Positions 53,367-63,746 of a DNA stretch of 64,000 nucleotides are shown one piece after another. Location of the stretch: NCBI GenBank assembly GCA_964016885.1, contig OZ024744.1:106764001-106828000 (forward strand), read 5' to 3'. The notes below the pieces were generated by a model that saw only the letters and a list, made by a program, of their open reading frames with translations, had not been told where the DNA came from and searched no databases. Within the stretch, counting starts at the first letter, position 1. Every line of letters begins with the position of its first letter. Position numbers and translations under genes: made by a program. This DNA is from Eledone cirrhosa. Its lineage: Eukaryota.

Positions 53367-53618
53367 CCTGGAATTCCATCAGTTCTGATGAGTGTTTCAG
53401 TTGTTCAATCAACCATGTAAGCTGCTGAACATTCCACAGACACATGTACCCTTAAGGTAATTCTCAGGGAGATTCAGTATGGCACAATGTCTGTCAAAGC
53501 TGTCCCTTTTGAATTACAGGTATAACTCATTTCTATGGCTGAGTGACAGGAGTGATGTGAAATAAAGTGTCTTGTTCAAGGACACAATGTGCCACCAGGA
53601 ATTGAACTCATGCCCTAA
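53366..53618 (-). mobile_element. Degraded tRNA-derived SINE
   Basis: Minus strand has GAGTTCAATTCC box B and TGTGTCCTTGAACAAGACACTTTATTTCAC, as in the 39062 copy. Confidence 0.6.
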
Positions 53619-54276
53619 TTACTATTAGATGACACGGGACCATGGTCTCTGGCGCTATACAGTATTACAGAAGACCTGCCCGCCCATATGCTTGAGCTGA
53701 GGCATATATCTAGTATGCAACACCTTCCCTACCATCACCCCTCCCTTGCTGTAATCACTTCATCCCTATATCGACGTCTCCAATTACTCAGGCATCTCCA
53801 CCACCCCACCGCAGTCCCCAGCCTACTCCATGAAGAGGTCCCCCTGGAACCACAACAAAAGCACCCAGTACACACTGTAAAGTGGTCGTGTTGGGAACAC
53901 GAAAAAAGTGCTCAGCCCACACTATAAGGTGGTCATGTAGGTGACAACAAAAAGCAGCCAGCACTCACTGTAAATGTGGTTGGTGCTAGGAAGGGCCTCC
54001 AGCTGTAGAAACCAAGCCAGAATCAGTTCTGTGTAAGCAAAACACGGTCCTCCAACCTGATCCCTCACAAAGGGACAGCCTGTCCTACCCATGCTAGTGT
54101 AGAAGATGGATGTTAAACGATGATGATGTCCCTCACAAGATATTGGTCAGCCCAATGCTATAGTAGAAAACACTTGCTTAAGAAGTCACACAATGGGACT
54201 GAACCTGAAAATCCATGGTTGTGAAGTGAATTCTTTATCCATACTGCCAGAGCACCACCTGTTACTATTTGTTTTG

Positions 54277-54966
54277 AAGGTGCGTGGCCTAGTGGTAAGT
54301 ATGCTGAACTTACAATCATAAAATCATGGGTTTGATTCCTGAACTGGATTGTGTGTTGTGTTCTTGAACAAAACACTTCACTTCACACTGCTCCAGTATA
54401 CTCAGCTGAAAATAAGTATCAGCAATAGTGAGGGGTTTAACTCTGTGATGGGCTGGCATCCTGTCCAAGGAAAGTCACTTCACACCACCTAACTGGGATA
54501 AGCACTGACCTAATGAACCTTCTGGCTTCATTCAGATTTTAACCCTGTAATGGACAGGTGTCTTGACCAGGGGAAGTCTTGTACTTCACACCACCTAACT
54601 GGGATAAGCACTGACCTAATGAACCTTCTGGTATGAGGCAGACTTTAACCCTGTAATGGACAGGTGTCTTGTCCAGGGGAAGTCTTGTACTTCACACCAC
54701 CTAACTGGGATAAGCACTGGCCTAATGAACCTTCTGGTCTGAGGCAGACTTTAACCCTGTAATGGACAGGTGTCTTGTCCAGGGGAAGTCTTGTACTTCA
54801 CACCACCTAACTGGGATAAGCACTGGCCTAATGAACCTTCTGGTCTGAGGCAGACTTTAACCCTGTAATGGACAGGTGTCTTGTCCAGGGGAAGTCTTGT
54901 ACTTCACACCACCTAACTGGGATAAGCACTGGCCTAATGAACCTTCTGGTCTGAGGCAGACTTTAC
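54277..54966 (+). mobile_element. tRNA-derived SINE whose 3' 106 bp is tandemly repeated about 5 times
   Basis: Box A TGGCCTAGTGG and a box B-like GGTTTGATTCC. CACACCACCT recurs at 54481, 54587, 54693, 54799 and 54905. Confidence 0.8.
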
Positions 54967-55314
54967 ACTTAAACTTGTGTTTTAATTCTATTTTATCTCA
55001 CTCCTTGTCTATATGTAATTAATTTTAATTCACAACAGAAAAGAAGGTAGAGCTACAATAAAGATTAATTCTATTAAAATAATATTCAACAATGACCATT
55101 AACTGTTAGGAGGTGGTCATTAAGTCCAGCTGTATATAAATGATTAAATGTTATTGTTTGAAGACAGACCCCTCCCCCTCTTCTACACACAATTTGGCAG
55201 ACCACACTGTTGTGGATTTTCTGTATTTTGGTCAAACAAAATAATGTTGAAAATTCTCAGCATTTTATACAACTCACACTTCTAGACAAGGAAAAAAAAA
55301 AACTAATAAAATAT

Positions 55315-55570
55315 ACACCACCACCACCTCTACCACTGCCATCACTACCACCTCTACCACTGCCATCACTACCACTACCACCTCTACCACTGCCATCACC
55401 ACCACCACCACTGACATCACCACCACACCACCATCACTACTACCACACTTCACAATAAACACCACCACTGCTACTAACCCCACACCCCACAACCTCCACC
55501 ACCTCTGCACATCACACCTCACAACCACCATATCCACCACAATCATACACACACCACCATGCCGCCAACA
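55315..55570. repeat. (CAC/CCA)-rich low-complexity tract
   Basis: Direct inspection. Confidence 0.8.
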
Positions 55571-55619
55571 TCATCCTACTTAATATACCTGCCACTTCTT
55601 CACCAAACTGAAATCACCT

Positions 55620-58020
55620 ACACATATAACATGTCTATAACAGTGCAGTCAACTCTCTTGTACACAATATCTGATTACTCTTATACCCAGTTTACCCTTT
55701 AGTTCATTCATGCTTTACTGTTCATGCCCACTAACATTACACATACAACAAAGCATGTTAGTTTCATTCTTTTCTACCCTTCACCATCCTCTACATTAAC
55801 TACCCATGTCTCACTACCATGTAACATACACAGACATCATACAATCTACCCTTCACACATCCTCTACATTATCTACCCATGTCTCACTACCATGTAACAT
55901 ACACAGGCATCATACAATCTACCCTTCACACATCCTCTACATTAACTACCCATGTCTCACTACCATGTAACATACACAGACATCATACAATCTACCCTTC
56001 ACACATCCTCTACATTATCTACCCATGTCACACTACCATGTAACATACACAGACATCATACAATCTACCCTTCACACATCCTCTACATTAACTACCCATG
56101 TCTCACTACCATGTAACATACACAGACATCATACAATCTACCCTTCACACATCCTCTACATTAACTACCCATGTCTCACTACCATGTAACATACACAGAC
56201 ATCATACAATCTACCCTTCACACATCCTCTACATTAACTACCCATGTCTCACTACCATGTAACATACACAGACATCATACAATCTACCCTTCACACATCC
56301 TCTACATTAACTACCCATGTCTCACTACCATGTAACATACACAGACATCATACAATCTACCCTTCACACATCCTCTACATTAACTACCCATGTCTCACTA
56401 CCATGTAACACAGACACATCATACAATCTACCCTTCACATATCCTCTACATTAACTACCCATGTCTCACTACCATGTAACATACACAGACATCATACAAT
56501 CTACCCTTCACACATCCTCTACATTAACTACCCATGTCTCACTACCATGTAACATACACAGACATCATACAATCTACCCTTCACACATCCTATACATTAA
56601 CTACCCATGTCTCTCTACCATGTAACATACACAGACATCATACAATCTACCCTTCACACATCCTCTACATTAACTACCCATGTCTCACTACCATGTAACA
56701 TACACAGACATCATACAATCTACCCTTCACACATCCTCTACATTAACTACCCATGTCACACTACCATGTAACATACACAGACATCATACAATCTACCCTT
56801 CACACATCCTCTACATTAACTACCCATGTCACACTACCATCATACAATCTACCCTTCACACATCCTCTACATTAACTACCCATGTCTCACTACCATGTAA
56901 CATACAGACATCATACAATTTACCCTTCACACATCCTCTACATTAACTACCTATGTCTCTCTACCATGTAACATAGACAGACATACAATCTACCCTTCAC
57001 ACATCCTCTACATTAACTACCCATGTCTCACTACCATGTAACATACACAGACATCATACAATCTACCCTTCACACATCCTCTACATTAACTACCCATGTC
57101 TCACTACCATGTAACATACACAGACATCATACAATCTACCCTTCACACATCCTCTACATTAACTACCCATGTCTCACTACCATGTAACATACACAGACAT
57201 CATACAATCTACCCTTCACACATCCTCTACATTAACTACCCATGTCTCACTACCATGTAACATACACAGACATCATACAATCTACCCTTCACACATCCTC
57301 TACATTAACTACCCATGTCTCACTACCATGTAACACAGACATCATACAATCTACCCTTCACACATCCTCTACATTAACTACCCATGTCACACTACCATGT
57401 AACATACACAGACATCATACAATCTACCCTTCACACATCCTCTACATTAACTACCCATGTCTCACTACCATGTAACATACACAGACATCATACAATCTAC
57501 CCTTCACACATCCTCTACATTAACTACCCATGTCTCACTACCATGTAACATACACAGACATCATACAATCTACCCTTCACACATCCTATACATTAACTAC
57601 CTATGTCTCTCTACCATGTAACATAGACAGACATACAATCTACCCTTCACACATCCTCTACATTAACTACCCATGTCTCACTACCATGTAACATACACAG
57701 ACATCATACAATCTACCCTTCACACATCCTCTACATTAACTACCCATGTCTCACTACCATGTAACATACACAGACATCATACAATCTACCCTTCACACAT
57801 CCTCTACATTAACTACCCATGTCTCACTACCATGTAACATACACAGACATCATACAATCTACCCTTCACATATCCTCTACATTAACTACCCAAGTCTCAC
57901 TACCATGTCACATACACAGACATCATACAATCTACCCTTCACATATCTTCTACATTAACTACCCATGTCTCACTACCAGGTAACATCACACTACATACAC
58001 TAACATCTCTACCCTATTGA
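55620..58020 (-). mobile_element. RTE LINE fragment interrupted by tandem amplification of its own sequence
   Basis: The left flank translates on the minus strand to EKNETNMLCCMCNVSGHEQ.SMNELKGKLGIR, continuing the RTE ORF from the satellite monomer. Homologous to 32180-32350. Confidence 0.75.
55774..57990. repeat. 73-bp tandem satellite, about 30 copies
   Basis: CTACCCTTCACACATCCTCTACATTAACTACCCATGTCTCACTACCATGTAACATACACAGACATCATACAAT; period 73 (55846 to 55919). Confidence 0.96.
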
Positions 58021-58281
58021 GTACTTTTCTTAGTTGCTTCTCAATTTACAAGAAATCAATCACTGAGGAGGTCACAATGTGTGACAAAAGAGCTTTGCCA
58101 ATAAACAAACAACTATCCAGTTATTGAACCAACCCATTGGAAATTTATAATAAATTGAAGTGAAAACCAACAGGTGTATGTGTTGTCATTGGCAACATGA
58201 CCCTCCCAAAGTATAACAATATCTGTTTCAACACACGTTTTCAGATAAGCAATCTTACAAAACAAATTCAAAAATGAGTTA

Positions 58282-58815
58282 TGTATATTGCAATACACTG
58301 TATGCTTATTTAAAACCATTTCGAAAACCTTACGCTATTGTTTTAGAGTAGTGACAGTCTCACTTACTTTAAATTTTCAGCAAACAGGGGAGATAAAGCT
58401 GACAGAGCTATGTTTCGTACTGATTCGTACTTATCAAAGCCACGTACTTCACCTGTTTGCTGAAAATCATGAATGTTTGATTCATATATATATAAATGTT
58501 TCATTCATATATATATATAGCTATTTCAGAGCACCAATTCTAACTTTCAATTTCTGCTTGACCGGCAACCGCTCTGTATAATCAGTTCCTGATTATTACT
58601 AGAAATTCTATAAGAATCAAACAGTCATGATTTTCAGCAAACAGGTGAAGTACTTGGCTTTGATAAGTACCAATCAGTACGAAACATAGCTCTGTCAGCT
58701 TTATCTCCCCTGTTTGCTGAAAATTTAAAGTAAGTGAGACTGTCACTACTCTAAAACAATAGCGTAAGGTCTTCGAAATGCTTTTAATTAAGCATACAGT
58801 GTATTGCAATATACA
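58282..58815. repeat. Long inverted repeat, 202-bp arms (58282-58483 / 58614-58815), 130-bp spacer; MITE/foldback-like
   Basis: The arms are reverse complements with few mismatches; ORFs 58288+ and 58582- give near-identical peptides. Confidence 0.93.
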
Positions 58816-58829
58816 CTGTATATACATTC

Positions 58830-58860
<31 letters not shown>

Positions 58861-58892
58861 CAAGTAGAAACTTTGTGGTAACATTGACTAAA

Positions 58893-59324
58893 TAATTGTT
58901 ACTACTTTAGGCACAAGGCCAGCAATTATTACTGGTAATTTATTTCATCATACCTGTAACAATGAAAGGCAAAGTTAGCCTCGGTGGGATTTGAACTCAG
59001 ACCGTAACTCTATGCTGCAAAGCATGGCGTCCGACCCTCCACTGATACTGCCAATCCACCGCCCAACAGAACAGAAAAAGATATGTCCTGACAGCCATCT
59101 TTTTCTGTTCAGTATGTTCATATGCCTCATTATTAGGCTATATTATTTAATCAAGGGCGGTGGATTGTCAGTATTGGTAGAGGGTCGGACGCCATGCTTT
59201 CCAGCATAGTTACGTCCCTTTACGATCTGAGTTCAAATCCCGCCGAGGTTAACTTTGCCTTTCATCCTTACGGGGTCGATAAAATAAAGTACCAGTAATG
59301 CACTGTGTAATTGAAACAATTATT
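58893..59324. mobile_element. Inverted (head-to-head) pair of SINEs: minus copy about 58893-59064, plus copy about 59155-59324
   Basis: Same SINE family in opposite orientations about 90 bp apart. Confidence 0.85.
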
Positions 59325-59497
59325 TAATCAATGTTATATTTCAATTTTAAACCTTGCTTGCCATGTTCCAAACATACTCCTTTATATATATATAAAGGAT
59401 GGTCACAGCTGGAACAGCTTTGATCATAGGTCTGGTGGATCAAGTCTGACCTTGGGTTAAGAAAAAGAAAGGAAGAAGCAGAAGATAGTAAACATAC

Positions 59498-59645
59498 TTG
59501 TGTCTAGATGAGAAATATTTTGATCCTGCATATCGAATGGTTGGCGAAAGAAAGAGTTGTCGACTTAAAGAATCATCAGGTTTAGTTTTCTGTGTGTAAT
59601 GGAAAGACTGTGCCAGTAGAATGTTACTACCTGATAAGATTTCAG
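59498..59645 (-). CDS. NEURL4: NEURL4 penultimate coding exon
   Basis: Acceptor TTTTCTTCTTTCTAG, donor GTATGT, 148 nt, phases 1/2 matching both neighbours. Translates EILSGSNILLAQSFHYTQKTKPDDSLSRQLFLSPTIRYAGSKYFSSRH(K), cf. human LLSPSLQYAG as recalled. Confidence 0.92.
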
Positions 59646-59884
59646 CTAGAAAGAAGAAAAAACCAAAGTTAATAACATTTCATGTGAACACAACAGAAAG
59701 TATTTTAACAGTTACATAATGTTAACAATTCCAAAAGATGTTTGGAGAGAAAAAAATAAAACATACTTTGGTGGAAGTTTTATGTTAATATACAGAAATT
59801 AGACTTCATATGTGGCAGATCCACAGGTTTAGTCAGCAGTAGGGTACTCATGAAATAAACTACCTCAAATATTTAGAAGCATCA

Positions 59885-60230
59885 ATAGAAGTAATAGAAA
59901 GTGTTTGTCATCTAGGTGACTGCTTTAGCAGTGGAGGTGGATATATTGAATGTGATGTAACCAGAATGAGAATGGAGTGGAAGAAGTTCAGGGAGCTGTT
60001 ACCCTTCCTGGCAACAAGGTTTCCTCTCAGAGTGAAGGGCAGATTATAAGGTGCAATGCTGCATGACCAAAAGACATGGGCCTGGAATGCAGAATATTTG
60101 CAGGGGCTAAAATAAAATGAAGCATGCAAATGTAATGTTAGGGCGAAGAAAACGGCACTAATGAACTGAGGGAAATGATGAGTATGAAAGGAAAATAATG
60201 TAACATTAAAGAGACAATAGTGTTAGTACA
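59885..60230 (+). mobile_element. Degraded RTE LINE fragment
   Basis: IEVIESVCHLGD..SSGGG..RMEWKKFRELLPFL..RVKGRL..MLH..KTWA, the same region as 32270-32500. Confidence 0.75.
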
Positions 60231-60428
60231 ATGTTTTTCATACATTACGGGTTTGATGTGGTTTCTACACCTGGATGACATTTCTATCACCAATTATTTT
60301 ACAGATTGTACTGGGCTTATCATTGTACCAGTCCTAGGGTTGTGGTCAGGTTGTTGATGTGACTAAAGAGATCTCTCTACTCTATCATGCCTCTGTTAGA
60401 TCACAATCGATTTTACAGGATGTGCTGA

Positions 60429-61582
60429 GTGTATTTTATGACAGCAGTAACACTAGAGAGGTTGTCAGGTCATTAACTGGACTAAAGTGTCCTCTCACTT
60501 TATAGACAACACCAGGTGTATTTTATGATAGCAGTAACACTAGAGAGACTGTCAAGTCGTTAACTGGACTAAAGTGTCCTCTCACTTTATAGACAACACC
60601 AGGTGTATTTTATGATAGCAGTAACACTAGAGAGCTTGTCAGGTTGTTAACTGGACTAAAGTGTCCTCTCTATCACTTTATAGACAGCACCAGGTGTATT
60701 TTATGATAGCAGTAACACTAGAGAGGTTGTCAGGTTAACTGGACTAAAGTGTTCTCTCTATCACATTATAGACAACACCAGGTGTATTTTATGATAGCAG
60801 TAACACTAGAGAGGTTGTCAGGTTGTTAACTGGACTAAAGTGTCCTCTCACTTTATAGACAACACCAGGTGTATTTTATGACAGCAGTAACACTAGAGAG
60901 GTTGTCAGGTCGTATTTTATGATAGCAGTAACACTAGAGAGGTTGTCAGGTCGTTAACTGGACTAAAGTGTCCTCTCTATCACCTCAAAGACAGCACCAG
61001 GTGTATTTTATGATAGCAGTAACACTAGAGAGGTTGTCAGGTCGTTAACTGGACTAAAGTGTCCTCTCTATCACTTTATAGACAACACCAGGCGTATTTT
61101 ATGATAGCAGTAACACTAGAGAGGTTGTCAGGTCGTTAACTGGACTAAAGTGTCCTCTCTATCACCTCAAAGACAGCACCAGGTGTATTTTATGATAGCA
61201 GTAACACTAGAGAGGTTGTCAGGTCGTTAACTGGACTACAGTGTCCTCTCTATCACTTTATAGACAGCACCAGGTGTATTTTATGACAGCAGTAACACTA
61301 GAGAGGTTGTCAGGTCGTTAACTGGACTAAAGTGTCCTCTCTATCACTTTATAGACAACACCAGGTGTATTTTATGACAGCAGTAACACTAGAGAGGTTG
61401 TCAGGTCGTTAACTGGACTAAAGTGTCCTCTCACTTTATAGACAACACCAGGTGTATTTTATGATAGCAGTAACACTAGAGAGGCTGTCAGGTCGTTAAC
61501 TGGACAAAAGTGTCATCGCTATCACTTTATAGACAGCACCAGGTGTATTTTATGATAGCAGTAACACTAGAGAGGTTGTCAA
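60429..61582. repeat. 87-91-bp tandem repeat, about 13 copies
   Basis: CAGGTGTATTTTATGATAGCAGTAACACTAGAGAGGTTGTCAGGTCGTTAACTGGACTAAAGTGTCCTCTC(TATC)ACTTTATAGACAACAC; ACCAGG at 60511, 60598 and 60689. Confidence 0.93.
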
Positions 61583-61754
61583 GATTAGGAATAAATGGGA
61601 CAATGAGGGCAAGTGTTGTGGGGGTGAAACAAAATGATGAGGGGCAATGTACACATACAAGAATCCCTTGCCAGAAGGGAGAATGAACATTAAATGAGGA
61701 TAATATATATATAGAGAGTTCTTTTAGCTTACTGGAAACATTGTTGAATAGGAA

Positions 61755-61979
61755 ATACATATTTAAATTTTGCAAGTCAAACAATGCGTTATGTAGAACA
61801 TTAGATCACCAAGACAACAAAAGAATCTTACCTTAGCAAATTTAACGATCCCAAATGAGAGACTTAAACCTGAAAATATTTAGGATCGTTAAATTTGTTA
61901 ATGGAAGATTCTTTTGTTGTCTTGGTGATCTAATGTTCTCCATAAAGCATTGCTTGGCTTACAATATTTGAATTTGTAT
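61755..61979. repeat. Long hairpin: about 102-bp imperfect arms (61755-61856 / 61878-61979), 21-nt loop
   Basis: AGAACATTAGATCACCAAGACAACAAAAGAATCTT pairs perfectly with AAGATTCTTTTGTTGTCTTGGTGATCTAATGTTCT; pairing extends with mismatches on both sides. Confidence 0.92.
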
Positions 61980-62061
61980 ATATATGTATATAGTTATGTA
62001 ATAAACAACATAAGGCAATTATTTCATTTACCAGTGGTTTATATTTTTTCTTAGAATTATT

Positions 62062-62320
62062 TGTGTGTGTGCGTATGTAGGTGTGTGTACATATATCTAT
62101 ATTTGTGTATACGTATGTATGCGTGTATATATGTGTGTATGTATGTGTGTGTATGTGTATATACGTATGATTATGTCTATGTATGTATATATATATATGA
62201 TTATATAATCATACATATATATGTATGTGTATATATATATAGATGTATATATATATACATATACATATACATACATACACACATATATATCAACATATCC
62301 TAACATACACATACACACAA

Positions 62321-62361
<41 letters not shown>

Positions 62362-62510
62362 CATGTGTGTGTGTTTGTGTATGTATGGATATGTTGATAT
62401 ATATGTATGTGTATTTGTACATGTATGTATATGTATATATATATATATGTGTATATATGTATGTATATATATATATGTATATATATATGTGTGTGTGTGT
62501 GTGCATGTGT
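62062..62510. repeat. (TG/TA/CA)n compound microsatellite
   Basis: Direct inspection. Confidence 0.9.
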
Positions 62511-62776
62511 GTTTATTTTTCCTTTCCTTCTTCCTTTTCCAGCCTCATTTTCATATAGATTATATTTTTGTTTTTAAAATCCAATGTCAATAAATACACC
62601 AGGATTTTTTCATTTTGACGATTGAAAGCAAAATTTGTTTCCTTTCAAGAAACCACTGGTAAATGAAATAATTGCCTTATGTTGTTTATTACATAACTAT
62701 TAAGCTCTGTAACCTACATAGAGCACTCTTTTTTCCTGGACCTTTCCGATGGAATTACTTCATTTATATATGTATG

Positions 62777-62814
<38 letters not shown>

Positions 62815-63430
62815 TCATCCACCAACAGCATTTGCGATGAACTGGACACCTCTGCAGAATGGAGGATGATCGAATCCCAAAACAACTCTTGTATGGTGAG
62901 CTTTGTGAGGATAAGAGACCACCTCATAAGCCAAGTCTCCAATTCAAGGGTTGTGTAAAGGACTTATTGAAAAAAACTGGTTTATATGGTGGCTGACTGG
63001 GAGATAGAAGCTCTTGAAAGAGAAACTTGGCGTGGAATGATGAATGATGGGGTCCATAATTTTGAGGACAGACGCATAGAGCACGAGAAGATCAAACGGG
63101 ATGTGTGTAAGCAATGCCCTGGTGTATCTCTCGAAACAATCGGTGTCTCCATTGAATTGAAAGGCGCTGAGTGTGGAAAAATTTGCTTGAGCAAATCTGG
63201 TCTTAGGAGCCACAGTCGCAGCCATGTTCAAAGAGAACCAGTGAACTATGATCTCCACGGTGTAGTGAGGGTTCACGGGCAACCTGATGCAGGACCTCAA
63301 GCCAAGGAGATCCATAGTTGTCGTCAATGTGTGAAGGAGTGCAAGTCTCTAGCAGGTTTGAAAAGCCATATCCGGGTGTCAAACATCTGAATGACAAGCG
63401 ATTGCAATACTCTTGGCAGAGTTTGCAGCC
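62815..63430 (+). mobile_element. RTE-clade LINE 3' end with two C2H2-like motifs, flanked by (TA)n
   Basis: HLR.TGHLCRMEDDRIPKQLLYGEL..DWEIEALERETWR..FEDRR..ECGKICLSKSGLRSHSRSH..CRQCVKECKSLAGLKSHIR. Confidence 0.85.
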
Positions 63431-63435
63431 ATCAT

Positions 63436-63484
<49 letters not shown>

Positions 63485-63547
63485 CACACATATATACCAC
63501 ATAAACATATATTTTATAAGAAATAAATAAAAATAGTTTAAACATAC

Positions 63548-63663
63548 ATGATATATGTAAATCACCGCAATCTAATATTTTCCGAACTGCTTCCAAACGA
63601 GTTCCATAAAACGCTGCATGCCATTTTTCAAACATGTTCAAATTGTGAGATTTACAAGGTGTC
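63548..63663 (-). CDS. NEURL4: NEURL4 internal coding exon (start of the ART-like catalytic core); gene continues beyond the right edge of the window
   Basis: Acceptor TTTTCTGTTTGCAG, donor GTATGT, 116 nt. Translates TPCKSHNLNMFEKWHAAFYGTRLEAVRKILDCGDLHIS, cf. human [24 protein letters not shown] as recalled. The phase-1 junction T+CT gives Ser in frame with the next exon. Confidence 0.92.
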
Positions 63664-63746
63664 CTGCAAACAGAAAATCAGTAATAATGGTTTCTGATTT
63701 TAGGCACAAGACCAACAATTTTGGGGGAGAAAAGTCGATGAATCAG

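Noticed and set aside
58288-58827. Pair of similar convergent ORFs suggesting a duplicated small gene
   Set aside because: They are a by-product of the 202-bp inverted repeat, with no coding signature.
62986-63390. Host C2H2 zinc-finger gene
   Set aside because: The motifs are contiguous with RTE ORF sequence and lack TGEKP linkers.
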